Of a stretch of 64,000 nt of DNA, positions 21,918 to 32,535 are shown in pieces (position 1 is the first letter of the stretch; every line of letters starts with the position of its first letter). The stretch covers positions 32,001 to 96,000 of the IMG/VR virus record IMGVR_UViG_3300036770_001413; one strand, written 5' to 3'. Source of the stretch: a virus. A program made the position numbers and the translations under genes. The notes beneath the pieces were generated by a model. It was not told the origin of the DNA. It ran no database searches and saw only the letters and a list, made by a program, of their open reading frames with translations.

Positions 21918-22082
21918 TTAGAGTGTTCCGCCTTCTTCGGCATCTGGGTTTTCTAGCCAGCGAAGATAGCGTTGATAGTCTGAGTTGGCTGGGTCTAGTG
22001 GGATTGACCAAGTTTTATTATCTTCATCTGTGCGAAGAATTACCTGTGAATTATTTTCATAAGTAATCAATTCATATTTCAT
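21918..22082 (-). CDS. Small fibre chaperone-like protein (54 aa)
   Basis: SIPLDPANSDYQRYLRWLENP; overlaps the stop of the upstream gene. Confidence 0.65.
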   Translation of the reverse strand: MKYELITYENNSQVILRTDEDNKTWSIPLDPANSDYQRYLRWLENPDAEEGGTL

Positions 22083-23134
22083 AATTCAGAATTCACCTCA
22101 ATGTAATTTGTTGTGGCACCTGCACCATATAAACGACTAGCAAATCCTGGTGTTGCGCCAGATACATCTAGTCTAACTAACAATGTCTGAGTATCCTGGT
22201 CTTGAAATCCTATACCAAGTAAACCTACGCCGTCGTGACCAAATGTTGTGTATGCCGTTGATGATAAACTAGGTTGCACTCTTTTTTGAACCTTATAAGG
22301 AATGACGCCCAAAAATAAAGTGCTGCTATAACAACTTGTGTTGCAATATTGATGAGTGGCTAATCCAACATTTCCTATGCGCTCATAATACCTTTGGCAA
22401 GCGGCTAACTCCCCTGCGAGTGTGCCAGTTGCTGTTGAAAATGGAGTGGCGACAGAACCAGCCTCAACTTGAACTCCCCAAATATCTACTATGTGTGCAG
22501 CAGAATCTTCTTGTAAAATTGGTTGAATATTTAAATAACTATTAGACCCAATAGTTTTTCCACTCATTGAAGGCAATGTTACTGTTTGAGTATATCTAGC
22601 CCAAGATGTTGTTATATTAAAAGGGCTTGAATAATTATCTACATTGGAAGATCCACCTGATCCAAAAATTTGTCCCAGATAAGATCTATTTGATACTGTA
22701 GCGTCAGCTTTAGCCCAAAAAGATAGTGTTACTGTTTGTCCCGCCAAAGTTCTTACATCTTCTATTCTTTGCTGAATTGCATAATAGCTTCCGCTGGCGC
22801 TTTGTGTACTTCTTAAAAAATAGGTCCCTTCATATCCAGCAACTGGTGCGGAACCTGGAGCAAATGCTTCTCTAGATACAATAACGGTCTTATTAGTTGC
22901 GCCAATCCATCTATCTGCAGTATATAAACCATTTACAGAATTAAAAGTTGTTCCACGCTGCCAAATCCCAAAATCTCCGTTGATTATTTTATTTTTGCCC
23001 GCCACAAAATAATTACTATATGGGACAAGGGCGGAGGTATCATGAGTATGAGCCCCTACTCCAACTGGAACCCATGTATCAGTTCCTGCATCATAAACAT
23101 ATGCAGGCTTGCTAGTAGTTCCTACTGTTGGCAT
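22079..23134 (-). CDS. Fibre / receptor-binding protein with carbohydrate-binding-like domain
   Basis: KNKIINGDFGIWQRGT...GELAACQRYY. Confidence 0.75.
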   Translation of the reverse strand: MPTVGTTSKPAYVYDAGTDTWVPVGVGAHTHDTSALVPYSNYFVAGKNKIINGDFGIWQRGTTFNSVNGLYTADRWIGATNKTVIVSREAFAPGSAPVAGYEGTYFLRSTQSASGSYYAIQQRIEDVRTLAGQTVTLSFWAKADATVSNRSYLGQIFGSGGSSNVDNYSSPFNITTSWARYTQTVTLPSMSGKTIGSNSYLNIQPILQEDSAAHIVDIWGVQVEAGSVATPFSTATGTLAGELAACQRYYERIGNVGLATHQYCNTSCYSSTLFLGVIPYKVQKRVQPSLSSTAYTTFGHDGVGLLGIGFQDQDTQTLLVRLDVSGATPGFASRLYGAGATTNYIEVNSEL

Positions 23135-23355
23135 TAGTTACCTCCTAATAATAATTGAGCTTCTTCTTCTGTAATTCCTAGCTTTTCTAATAGGGCTTGG
23201 CGTTTGGCTTGTGCTTCTGCCTTATCAGCCTCTACCTTTTCATTATACTCTTTCCAAGACTGAAACTTTTTTAGTTCAGATTCTGTAGCATCACGAACTA
23301 TGGTTTCGCCAGTGGTAATATTATGTTCAGCAATTTGCATATTAGTTTTCTCCAT
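23134..23355 (-). CDS. Small fibre-associated protein (KLGITEEE family)
   Basis: ALLEKLGITEEEAQLLL; paralogs at 27284, 32536 and 35209. Confidence 0.7.
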   Translation of the reverse strand: MEKTNMQIAEHNITTGETIVRDATESELKKFQSWKEYNEKVEADKAEAQAKRQALLEKLGITEEEAQLLLGGN

Positions 23356-24610
23356 ATATTTCTACTGTAGCAGAAAGATTAGCCCCGCCTTGAAGTTGTA
23401 AAATTATTTGAGTTACGGCTGCTAAATCATTTGCAGTAAACCAGCCAGAAGTCATTTCACCGTGGTTTGCACCTTGCAAATAATATGCTGTCCAGCGACC
23501 CATTTTGTATGTTGTTGTATTTTTATAGTCATAAAGATCTATTACAAATATAGAGTCTCCGTTGGCACTTCTAAGCGAAGTTCCAGTAAGATTAACAAAT
23601 GCCTGTCCACCACTCACCTGAAATAGTGTATTGCTAGTTGTTTGAGCCGAGCCATTAGTCCAAAAAGCTTGTTGCGAATAAAAACTTGCTTGTCCCACAT
23701 CAAGGTACAGGGCTCCAGCAGTTGATGATGACATTGCTTCTTTTACCAAAATTCTAAGATTTTTATACGCTGTACTAATTCCAGTAATTGTGCAAGTAGC
23801 ATTTCCGCTATGATTTGTAGTACTAAGTAAAGTCCAGCCTTGAGAGTTAGTTTGCCATGATGGAACTCCGCCAGAAACCGACAAATACTGTCCGCTTGAG
23901 CCAATTCCCAGCCTAGCTGGAGTATTTGCAGCAGATGCATAGATAATATCACCTGTTGTTGTTGTTAATGTATTAGGAATAAATGCGGCATCTGCAAGAG
24001 TTCCATTTGTATCAAGCCAAATTTGTCCATCTGTTGCAGATTCTGGAGCGGCATCTTGAGTATACCCAGATACATTTACATTAAAGTTTGTTACTGTAAC
24101 TACTTCTAGAATATCATTTACTGCCGCCGCCTCAACAAGTGTTACAGTATTAGAATTTGAAGTTGTATAATCTGTTGTGCGGAGAAGCAAAAGTCCATTT
24201 AAATAAACCTGCTCATATCCTTCAATCCATGTATGTGAAGTTGTAAATACTGTTTGTGCCGCCGTTGCTGTAAATGATTGACGCTTTACAATGTTTGGAT
24301 CAAAGGCAGTTGCTGCCGAATCTGATTCTACCCAGATCTGTCCAACTACTGGACTTGTTGGGGCATCTGCAGAATATGAAGAACCCTTTACATCAAGAGA
24401 TGTTAGAGTGGTTGGGACATAATTTGTTCCCGCCGATGAAAATAAAACCTGACCCGCATTTGGCGATTGAGTTGTTCCAGTTCCGCCATATTGGGTCGGA
24501 ACATTAGTATGAGAATCTAAATTATTATTTGTGGCAAGAATGACGCCAGAATTGTGGGATAAGCCATTTACAAATAGCTTATTTTTGACCTTAAAGTCTT
24601 TATCTGCCAC
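23342..24610 (-). CDS. Modular fibre protein
   Basis: MADKDFKVKN N-terminus; EQVYLNGLLL and TTTGDIIYASAANTPARL modules; ends IYGEN. Confidence 0.75.
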   Translation of the reverse strand: MADKDFKVKNKLFVNGLSHNSGVILATNNNLDSHTNVPTQYGGTGTTQSPNAGQVLFSSAGTNYVPTTLTSLDVKGSSYSADAPTSPVVGQIWVESDSAATAFDPNIVKRQSFTATAAQTVFTTSHTWIEGYEQVYLNGLLLLRTTDYTTSNSNTVTLVEAAAVNDILEVVTVTNFNVNVSGYTQDAAPESATDGQIWLDTNGTLADAAFIPNTLTTTTGDIIYASAANTPARLGIGSSGQYLSVSGGVPSWQTNSQGWTLLSTTNHSGNATCTITGISTAYKNLRILVKEAMSSSTAGALYLDVGQASFYSQQAFWTNGSAQTTSNTLFQVSGGQAFVNLTGTSLRSANGDSIFVIDLYDYKNTTTYKMGRWTAYYLQGANHGEMTSGWFTANDLAAVTQIILQLQGGANLSATVEIYGEN

Positions 24611-24673
24611 AGGATCACTCTCCCCTTTGGATTATATATATATTATATCAGAATGGCATATTAAAGCCAAAGG

Positions 24674-25420
24674 CTAGTCAATTAAATTTTTACGAATCTC
24701 AGAAAGTATGATTTCTGGCATTTTTGCCTTTTTAGACATTAAGTATTTTTCTTTTAAAGACTTAAATCTTCCATAGCTAGATGGAGAATTTACCATTTCC
24801 CGCCCAATATTAAAAAGAGTATCTGACTGCATATATCTTTTTAAGATGACTTTTTTATCAGTTTTAAACTCAATATAAAAAAGTGGATCGTTTTGATTAA
24901 AAACCATTTCTTTTGTATCTAAAGGAATATGATAATCAAGATTAAATGTTCTATACCAAGAACCTATATCAAATTCTCCACACATTAACAATGCTCCTTT
25001 TGCTGGTGAATGCGGAGGAAAGTATGGAGACGTAAATCTTGCAACAACTGGCTCATCTGCAAAAAAAGTCCAGCACATATTATATTGGATATTAAAATAA
25101 TTATTTAAAGAAGATTTACGTGGCGTAAATGACGAAAGCAAGGATCCGCCATTTATTTTTTCATTATCTTCAAAGTGTCTATCTATATCAGAAATAATAA
25201 TTTTATCATCAAATTGCTGTCTCACGACATATATATTTTTAAACATATCGCTTACCGCTGGGCATGCAAAAAAATTATTAGAACCATTTTGTAAATTTTT
25301 ATTTTGTCTATACTCATTTATCAAACTTACTGGCTCTGCATATGCTAAAGCCCATGATTCTTTATCTGCAACATAGGCTGCTGGAGACCAATAAATTGTT
25401 ATCTCATCTTTATTTTTCAT
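24674..25420 (-). CDS. Hypothetical protein (moron-like, own promoter)
   Basis: 248 aa AT-rich ORF; FFACPA and GEFDIGSWYR motifs; TAGAAT 8 nt before ATG. Confidence 0.7.
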   Translation of the reverse strand: MKNKDEITIYWSPAAYVADKESWALAYAEPVSLINEYRQNKNLQNGSNNFFACPAVSDMFKNIYVVRQQFDDKIIISDIDRHFEDNEKINGGSLLSSFTPRKSSLNNYFNIQYNMCWTFFADEPVVARFTSPYFPPHSPAKGALLMCGEFDIGSWYRTFNLDYHIPLDTKEMVFNQNDPLFYIEFKTDKKVILKRYMQSDTLFNIGREMVNSPSSYGRFKSLKEKYLMSKKAKMPEIILSEIRKNLID

Positions 25421-25463
25421 ATAAATACATTCTACTATATGAAAATATAATTTTCAATAGGTA

Positions 25464-25817
25464 TTAAAACTTTTCTAATTCTTTATTTATTTTTTGCCAT
25501 GTCCAGTCTTGTGGATTCCATAGACCTACTGGAATCGTTTCCCATCCTGGCTCTAAATCATGCGTAATAGTTTCAATTAAATTAGTATTTGGATTTTTTA
25601 TTTTAAATGTTGATTTTCTATTATTATTCCAAGCTACTGCTGTAGGTAAAACAGAAACCCCTATGCCTAATTCTTGCATTAATTGATTTCTATTATTTTC
25701 TATTTCTTCCGTCCAACCAAATGGAATAAATTCTGCATTTTCTGGAGCCGTGTCAATCAAATCTTGAGCATCTCCATAAACATTATGAAATACATATATT
25801 TTATTTATATCTATCAT
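25464..25817 (-). CDS. Hypothetical protein
   Basis: 117 aa ORF coupled to the upstream gene. Confidence 0.6.
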   Translation of the reverse strand: MIDINKIYVFHNVYGDAQDLIDTAPENAEFIPFGWTEEIENNRNQLMQELGIGVSVLPTAVAWNNNRKSTFKIKNPNTNLIETITHDLEPGWETIPVGLWNPQDWTWQKINKELEKF

Positions 25818-27277
25818 GGTAGTGCCAACTTTCTTGCTGTTCCCGCTCCGCCGCCGCCATCTCTGTCTCCTTGTCCAGGAGCCTTACCACCATTTGCTGT
25901 AGGTGTTATTAATGAATTATCATATTTATAAAATATAGTTACAGAGCCTCCTCCACCAGATCCTCCTGGACACTGCATGTATTGATTATACTGATATCCC
26001 ATGTTGCTATGCCCGTTAGACTGAATGAGTCCTTGTCCTCTTAATTCCCCCAAAACAAATATACAGAGAGAACCTGCTGTTCCATCCCCTGCATCAAATG
26101 GGTAACTTCCTTGAGTGCCGCCTTGATTTGATGATCCTGCTGGATTTCCTACGCCACCACTTGACCCATATGTATATGAAGTCCCAGCATTTCCTCCTGC
26201 CCCACCATTTGCTACTGCATTTCCAGAAGTTCCACTTCCTGAATAAACCATTATTGAACCTCCGCCTCCTCCGCCAGTAAAAGATGTTCCTGCTGACCCA
26301 GACCCACCAATTACTGTAGATCCTGTTGCATCTCCAGCGCAAATAGCGCACCCTCCGCTTCCTCCGCCAGTACCACCATTTGTTCCAGCAGATCCAGGGA
26401 TTCCATTTGTTGTTCCAGTTGGTGGGCCAGATCTAGTTACTGTTCCTCCGCCTGCTCCACCAGAGGCAGGAATTTGTGGATTTGTTACACCAGTAAATGT
26501 TCCAGTATGTAATCTTATGTTGCCAGCGGCGGTGGCAGAATGATTAGCTCCCCTATCTGTCATCAATATTTGTCCATTATTAGTTAAATTACCAGTTACA
26601 TATATACAAGTAAATAATTTTCTATTTGATGGGATAAATCTTTCTAAACGATTTATTGTAAGGTCTCCATCAACAACAACTAAAGCAGATCTAGTATCCG
26701 CTGTATTGGTAAACCAATCTGAATTTGTAAATGTTGATATAGTTTGATTTCCTCTTTTTATTACATAGTCATATGATCCAAGAGATACTCCATTTAATGT
26801 TAATGTTCCGCCTGCAGTTGGAGTAGATGTAGTTACGCTATTTGCCAAAGTTGTCATAACAGTGTATAAATCTGTTGCGCTTTGGTTAGATGTAACACTT
26901 GAAACAGTTGTAGTTATACTGCTACTTGAAGAACTTGTTTTTTGACTAACGCTATTTGTTGCTGTAACTGTAAATGTATATGAAGTGTTGGCAGTTAATC
27001 CAGTCACTATAATTGGTTTAGTTTGATCTATAACTGTAGCAGTTATACTTCCTGGACTACTGGTAGCAGTAAATGATGTTGCTACTCCGCCAGTAGTTGG
27101 TGTATGAGAAAATGTCACATATGCTGTGCAGCCAACATTTGTTACAGAGCTAATTACTGGAGCAGTGTCTATGACGCCAGAAACTTTATCTTCTGGTATA
27201 GAAACTTTTGCTCCTCTTAAAACTCTAGATGTAGGATTATTTCTAGCTGATTCTTCGCTGGCATGCTTTATCGACAT
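25814..27277 (-). CDS. FN3 plus glycine-rich fibre protein
   Basis: VTGLTANTSYTFTVTATN FN3 signature; Gly-rich C-terminus. Confidence 0.75.
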   Translation of the reverse strand: MSIKHASEESARNNPTSRVLRGAKVSIPEDKVSGVIDTAPVISSVTNVGCTAYVTFSHTPTTGGVATSFTATSSPGSITATVIDQTKPIIVTGLTANTSYTFTVTATNSVSQKTSSSSSSITTTVSSVTSNQSATDLYTVMTTLANSVTTSTPTAGGTLTLNGVSLGSYDYVIKRGNQTISTFTNSDWFTNTADTRSALVVVDGDLTINRLERFIPSNRKLFTCIYVTGNLTNNGQILMTDRGANHSATAAGNIRLHTGTFTGVTNPQIPASGGAGGGTVTRSGPPTGTTNGIPGSAGTNGGTGGGSGGCAICAGDATGSTVIGGSGSAGTSFTGGGGGGSIMVYSGSGTSGNAVANGGAGGNAGTSYTYGSSGGVGNPAGSSNQGGTQGSYPFDAGDGTAGSLCIFVLGELRGQGLIQSNGHSNMGYQYNQYMQCPGGSGGGGSVTIFYKYDNSLITPTANGGKAPGQGDRDGGGGAGTARKLALP

Positions 27278-27283
27278 TTTATT

Positions 27284-27580
27284 TTACTGCTCTAGCAAAA
27301 GCAGCTTTACCTCTTCTTCAGTAATTCCTAATTTTTCCATAAGCTGTGTTCTAGCATTATAATTTATTTTTTGTTTTGGCTCATGATTTTTACCATCTGG
27401 AGCATAAAAATTTACCTCTGGGCTGTGTGCAGCTACTGCTGCAACTGCCCAAGACTCTGCCTCTTCAAATGAATCAAATGAATCTCCATTTGGATAATGT
27501 GGTTGATATTGAAATGGAATATCTTGTCCATCTTCAAATATGCTTATTGCAAATGTATCTTGATCTATCTCGTATCTCAT
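27284..27580 (-). CDS. Small fibre-associated protein (KLGITEEE family)
   Basis: LMEKLGITEEEVKLLL; AGGAG RBS. Confidence 0.7.
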   Translation of the reverse strand: MRYEIDQDTFAISIFEDGQDIPFQYQPHYPNGDSFDSFEEAESWAVAAVAAHSPEVNFYAPDGKNHEPKQKINYNARTQLMEKLGITEEEVKLLLLEQ

Positions 27581-27589
27581 TTTATCTCC

Positions 27590-28657
27590 TTAAGGTCTAC
27601 TTGCTGCACTTGAATATGTTCCATATACGCATGCTGACTGTCCGCTGCCTGCAGGAAAAACTGCAGCCAGTTTTCCTCCTCCAACAGCTATTGATACTCT
27701 ATCTTGAAAAGCATATCCATACGTGTTGTTTCTTGGAGAAGACTTTCTTCGCCAAGTTAAAAAATCATTTGTTGTAAATATACCTTGACCATTTCCATTA
27801 TATACATTAATTACTGTAAATGTAGTTCCGTCTGATGCATATGATGCATATGGGGCGCTGAAAAAAACTTCTCCACCTTCGCCACTTAGAGAGTATGGAT
27901 TGTAATTGTTTCTAAGAACTCTTGTCCATGTATTTCCATCGCTTGATTTTAATGCCCATCTATGATTATAATTATAAAATAAATAAAAATCGTTTCCTAT
28001 TACAAACGGACCCGTCAAATAGAATCCTTTTTTATCTACTCTATCTATATCAAATAATTCTGGAATATATTTTTTAGCACTCCATGTTGTGCCATTTGTA
28101 GATGTTGTAACCCATCCTCCGAGATTTTCTGCTGCCGCCATCCAAATAGTTCCATTATAAGCTACTCCAGAATATTGATATGATTCTGGCAGCGTTCCTT
28201 CTGTCCAAGTAACTCCACCATTAGAAGAATAAGCAGTATATTGACCTCCTATTGCTAAAAATGCTGGTTGTGTTCCACCAAAATATCCATAAAGTCTATA
28301 ATTATGGCTTCTAGGTAAAGTTCTTAAAGTCCAAGTAATTCCGTCTGTAGATGTTTGAGCATATCCAGCATCTGAGACAGCGCAGAATGTTCCACCTACT
28401 GCATACATTCCAGACCAGTTATAAGATCCAGCCGAAGTCCTTGCTGTCCATGTTGCACCATCTGTTGATGTTGCGGCAGCTGTTGTTCCAGTAACTAAAG
28501 CAGCAAATGTGCTTCCATTATATGCTACTGAATACCAACCTGCAGCTGAAGGCATTGTGCTTCTGCCATAAAAAGCAGATTGTGATCTTGTCTTAGCACC
28601 AACGCCTGGATATAAAAATGGTCTGAATGTCAATACACATCTCCTACTACTAACCAA
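27590..28657 (-). CDS. Beta-propeller (Asp-box/BNR repeat) virion protein
   Basis: Repeated STDGxTW motifs; real start probably TTG at 28633. Confidence 0.7.
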   Translation of the reverse strand: MVSSRRCVLTFRPFLYPGVGAKTRSQSAFYGRSTMPSAAGWYSVAYNGSTFAALVTGTTAAATSTDGATWTARTSAGSYNWSGMYAVGGTFCAVSDAGYAQTSTDGITWTLRTLPRSHNYRLYGYFGGTQPAFLAIGGQYTAYSSNGGVTWTEGTLPESYQYSGVAYNGTIWMAAAENLGGWVTTSTNGTTWSAKKYIPELFDIDRVDKKGFYLTGPFVIGNDFYLFYNYNHRWALKSSDGNTWTRVLRNNYNPYSLSGEGGEVFFSAPYASYASDGTTFTVINVYNGNGQGIFTTNDFLTWRRKSSPRNNTYGYAFQDRVSIAVGGGKLAAVFPAGSGQSACVYGTYSSAASRP

Positions 28658-29019
28658 GTATCTGTTGCAATTTTAAGACATGTTGCTGCTGAATACCTTC
28701 CTCTGAATACAGGGCTTGCAGTATTATTATTATTTGAACCATTACAATAAATTGTTGTAGTTCCTGAGTTTGATGCTTGAATAGTTGTTGCACCTGTTCC
28801 ATATTGAACTACATTTAAAGCAGTTCCTACTGCATATCCAACTGCTGCATTTGTTGGAATGTAAAATGTATTTGCACTAGAATTATTCATCAAAACAACA
28901 GAAGCTGCGTCGCTTGCGACAGGAGTATATGTTGTTCCAGTTTGAGTATTAATTGTTTGTGTAATTATAGGAGCAGTATAGATTGCTTGATTTTGAGCAT
29001 TTACGCTATTAATTCCCAT
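28630..29019 (-). CDS. Fibre adaptor (QTGTTYT...WxVVGD domain)
   Basis: Same domain as the C-terminus of 34406..35050. Confidence 0.7.
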   Translation of the reverse strand: MGINSVNAQNQAIYTAPIITQTINTQTGTTYTPVASDAASVVLMNNSSANTFYIPTNAAVGYAVGTALNVVQYGTGATTIQASNSGTTTIYCNGSNNNNTASPVFRGRYSAATCLKIATDTWLVVGDVY

Positions 29020-29381
29020 TATGCAATCTCGCTTCCGTATAGTGAAAATGACATTGTTGTTGCGGAGGCATATACTGTAACTATATCCGTCGCACCGAGA
29101 GTCAAACCAATTGTCATAATTGTTGAATCATTTGCCGCTACTGTAGCATCATAAATAATATAATGTCTATTATCTATTGCTGCACCAGCTGGGCGAACAG
29201 CAATTCTATATGTTCCTGCAGTTGCTGCTTGATTACATATAACAATTGATGAAACAACTGTTTGAGTTGCTGCTGGCACTGTATACAAATTAGTATTTGT
29301 TGTAGCAGTTAGCGTTTGTGCACCATTTCCGTAGTTGCCTGCGGCTCCAGTCATTGCTAATACTTTATATGTTGTTGGCAC
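29019..29381 (-). CDS. Small virion adaptor (LYTVPAAT family)
   Basis: Paralog of 36674..36976. Confidence 0.7.
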   Translation of the reverse strand: MPTTYKVLAMTGAAGNYGNGAQTLTATTNTNLYTVPAATQTVVSSIVICNQAATAGTYRIAVRPAGAAIDNRHYIIYDATVAANDSTIMTIGLTLGATDIVTVYASATTMSFSLYGSEIA

Positions 29382-29406
29382 TTATTTCCTCCTTATTTTT
29401 ATTTAA

Positions 29407-29757
29407 TCATGTTCCCATTAACAAGAATGGGTGGAACGATTCACCAGTAATTGTTACTGATCCGCCTAAAGACACTGAGCTTCCGTTAATTGTAATGCTT
29501 GAGTTGGTTAAAGATGAGTTTCCAATATTGCTTAAAGTATTTGAGGATCCAGAAATTGTTTTATTAGTAAGAGTGTCAGCAGTTGATGCTGAAATCGTAG
29601 CATAAGATAATGATGTCCATGCAGTTGAACCAGTACCTATTTTAAATTTTCCAGTATCTGTTTCAAATCCGAATTCTCCAGCAGCTAATGTTGGATTAGT
29701 TGAAGTCCATTGAGACGCCGTTCCTCGTCGAACTTGTAATTGTGTGTTAACTGCCAT
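29407..29757 (-). CDS. Mtd_N-like domain adaptor
   Basis: QVRRGTASQWTSTNPTLAAGEFGFETDTGKFKIGTG. Confidence 0.8.
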   Translation of the reverse strand: MAVNTQLQVRRGTASQWTSTNPTLAAGEFGFETDTGKFKIGTGSTAWTSLSYATISASTADTLTNKTISGSSNTLSNIGNSSLTNSSITINGSSVSLGGSVTITGESFHPFLLMGT

Positions 29758-30170
29758 TAGGGTGTTCCTCCATCAAATGTGTATGTAAAGCTTGCTGTAT
29801 CATAATATCCTCCATCATATGGGGCGACGGAATCATAAGATCCCCCGTCCAAAACATCCAATGGGGACCCTATAATTGTAACATTAGTTCTATTATTTCC
29901 TGAATCGTCACCAATTAAGGCTCCAATTAAATTTAAAGTCTTTCTAGCTGTTTGGGTAACCCCGCTTTTTGCTAATTCTGAATAATTTGGAATAGCCCAA
30001 GATGTATTAGTTCCGTCTGTCTGTAAGAATTTTGATAGATGATCAGTTTGGGCGGGAAGTAAAGAATTTAAAGTATTAGTAGTAGAAGTTTGTCCTGTTC
30101 CGCCCATTGTTACAGGTAGGGGAGATTGAATGTCTATGCCATTTTTTACTTTAAAGTCTTTATTAGCCAT
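29757..30170 (-). CDS. Fibre adaptor (NKDFKVK start, DGG end)
   Basis: MANKDFKVKNG...FDGGTP. Confidence 0.7.
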   Translation of the reverse strand: MANKDFKVKNGIDIQSPLPVTMGGTGQTSTTNTLNSLLPAQTDHLSKFLQTDGTNTSWAIPNYSELAKSGVTQTARKTLNLIGALIGDDSGNNRTNVTIIGSPLDVLDGGSYDSVAPYDGGYYDTASFTYTFDGGTP

Positions 30171-30195
30171 TATTCTCCTCCTATTCTATTATACC

Positions 30196-30717
30196 TTAAG
30201 TATTTTTTATTCCGTAAAGGGTTGCGGTTGAGTATTGGACCCAATTTTTAGATTCTTCAATATAAAGTGTTATTGAAGTAATTGCTGATGTATTTGACCA
30301 TAGCCCAGCAAGTAAAGTAGCATAAATGTTGCCGCTCGCATCATTTGATTCCTGCACAGCGTCTACGGAATAACTTTTATTATTACTACTTGTATAATTT
30401 GGGATGTAAATTTCGGTGCTTGCAAAAGTAGATGCTGTATTATTGGAGCCATTAGAAGTACCAATGCCTTGAGCAGGTGAACTTTGAGAGCCAGTATTTG
30501 CTCCACCGCCTGCACCATATAACTTTCTTACAGTATAATTTGATGTATTATTATTGAATTTAAGAAAACAGTCAGCGTTTGTTGCAACTCTATCGGTTCT
30601 GCTTGATAATTTAATAACCAAATCAGTATAAGTTCCAGGTATGCTAGTAAATTCTATTGTAGCCGCCCCACCGCTACCAACTGTTACTGTGGCTATTGCC
30701 TCATAAGTAGTTGCCAT
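30196..30717 (-). CDS. YGIK-family virion protein, type C
   Basis: FTSIPGTYTDL...ATLYGIKNT. Confidence 0.7.
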   Translation of the reverse strand: MATTYEAIATVTVGSGGAATIEFTSIPGTYTDLVIKLSSRTDRVATNADCFLKFNNNTSNYTVRKLYGAGGGANTGSQSSPAQGIGTSNGSNNTASTFASTEIYIPNYTSSNNKSYSVDAVQESNDASGNIYATLLAGLWSNTSAITSITLYIEESKNWVQYSTATLYGIKNT

Positions 30718-30719
30718 AG

Positions 30720-31211
30720 TTATGCCGCCTTAATTCCGTAAAGAGTAAAAGTTGTTGTGTTTGTAAAGTTTGATGCGGCATTGTTAGTTAGGGTTACAGA
30801 AGTAATAGCAGAAGTAGAATTATTACGCCAAGTTCCGACAAATGCTCTTACGCGAGCCGAGGCATTATTGCCACGAGCAACCCAAGTTTTGTGAGTAGTT
30901 GTATTTGAATAATTAAATATATTAATAATAGTTGTTGTGTTACTTGTTCCTATTGTGCCTGATATTCCTTCTGATGTACTGCTATCTCTAAAACCTGTAA
31001 CGCTTGAACCGTTGCCGTCTAATCCTGTATAACTATAATTACCACTTGCATCAGAATTAAAGCGTATAATATAACTATTATCCGCATTTCCGTTTGAACC
31101 ATTTGCAATAATTACAAGGTCAGTGTAAATGCCGCTAATTGATGAAAATGTAATACTAGAAACGCTACCGCTTGCAGTTGTTGTTGCTATGGGTTCATAA
31201 GTAATTGCCAT
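30720..31211 (-). CDS. YGIK-family virion protein, type B
   Basis: FSSISGIYTDL...FTLYGIKAA. Confidence 0.7.
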   Translation of the reverse strand: MAITYEPIATTTASGSVSSITFSSISGIYTDLVIIANGSNGNADNSYIIRFNSDASGNYSYTGLDGNGSSVTGFRDSSTSEGISGTIGTSNTTTIINIFNYSNTTTHKTWVARGNNASARVRAFVGTWRNNSTSAITSVTLTNNAASNFTNTTTFTLYGIKAA

Positions 31212-31214
31212 TGG

Positions 31215-32522
31215 CTATGCCGCCTTTATGCCGTAGAGGGCGAAGTGTGAGTATTGGGCAAAGTTGCCGCCATCATCAATGCCAATAGAGATAGAAGTAA
31301 TTGCTGAAGTAGACATCCATAATCCTGATTTGTAATAAATCTGTCCTGAACCATTAGCGTCAACACCGCCAAGTGAGCGTAAAGTTTTATATTTATTAGT
31401 ATTGGCGTAATCTAAAATATCAATAACGCCGCCACCAAAAATTCCGCTTGTAGCATTAGCCGCTGACATTCTGACTATACCGCTTATTTTATTATCTGAA
31501 GCACTACCAATAGCAAAAGCGCTAGCACCATCAGTCCTCAAAAGGTGATTAGAATAATTAGAACCTGAATCAGAATTGAATCTTGCAAAGATTTGCATTT
31601 CGCCTTGTGCGACTGTGCCTCTACCAATACAACGGATTTGTAAGTGACTATAAGTTCCTGGAATAGAACTAAAAGTAATAGTTGAACTACCACCACTACC
31701 AACAGTTGTAGTAGCAATGGATTCAAAGGCTCCAGGAGTTGCAGGAACAACACTATTACTTGCTGCAGAAGCTGCAGAATCTCCATTTGCATTAACTGCT
31801 TTTAAATAGAAAGAATATGATTGGTTATTTGTTAAACCAGATATAGTCAATGGAGAAGATGTCTGAGCTGGGCTAAATGCGCTATATGTGGAATTATCTG
31901 TTGAATATTTATAGTTGGTTATTGACGATCCGCCATTAGCCCCCGCCGTAAAAGTTAATGTTGCAGATTGATCTGCTCCTGTTGCAGTTCCAATTGTCGG
32001 AGCCTGTGGAACAGTTGTTGCAGTAACGCCTGCAGAAGCGGCGGAGGCAGATGATGTTCCATATTTATTTGATGCAGTAGCAGTATATGTATATTCTGTT
32101 GCTGACTGTAAACCTGTAATGGTTAAAGGACTTGATGATCCTGTTGCTGTATATGAACCAGGACTTGATGTTACGGTATAAGAAGAACCTATAACTGAGC
32201 CTGGAGTAAATGATACTGAGGCCTGTCCGTTATTATATGCCCGCCCAGATCCTTGATTTGTTGCTGTTACGCTAGTTACCGTTGATGCTACTGCACCGAT
32301 TGATTCCCAAGAAGTTCCATTATAAACTTCCATAAAACCAGTTTGAGTATTTGAATAAACTTGTCCTGTTATTGGTGATGCAGGACGTCCTTCTGTATTT
32401 CCATAACTTATATGACCATTTGATGCTGTTGCATGGGAAGAGATGGCTGCCGCTGTCTCCGTATCCGTCGCCAAAGCGGTGGCGGTGGAGAGAACGTTAG
32501 CTACATCTCTTGCCCTTGTCAA
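31215..32522 (-). CDS. Two FN3 domains plus YGIK-family type A domain
   Basis: MTRARDVA N-terminus; two FN3 repeats; YSHLQIR...FALYGIKAA. Confidence 0.75.
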   Translation of the reverse strand: MTRARDVANVLSTATALATDTETAAAISSHATASNGHISYGNTEGRPASPITGQVYSNTQTGFMEVYNGTSWESIGAVASTVTSVTATNQGSGRAYNNGQASVSFTPGSVIGSSYTVTSSPGSYTATGSSSPLTITGLQSATEYTYTATASNKYGTSSASAASAGVTATTVPQAPTIGTATGADQSATLTFTAGANGGSSITNYKYSTDNSTYSAFSPAQTSSPLTISGLTNNQSYSFYLKAVNANGDSAASAASNSVVPATPGAFESIATTTVGSGGSSTITFSSIPGTYSHLQIRCIGRGTVAQGEMQIFARFNSDSGSNYSNHLLRTDGASAFAIGSASDNKISGIVRMSAANATSGIFGGGVIDILDYANTNKYKTLRSLGGVDANGSGQIYYKSGLWMSTSAITSISIGIDDGGNFAQYSHFALYGIKAA

Positions 32523-32535
32523 TTTAAATTACTCC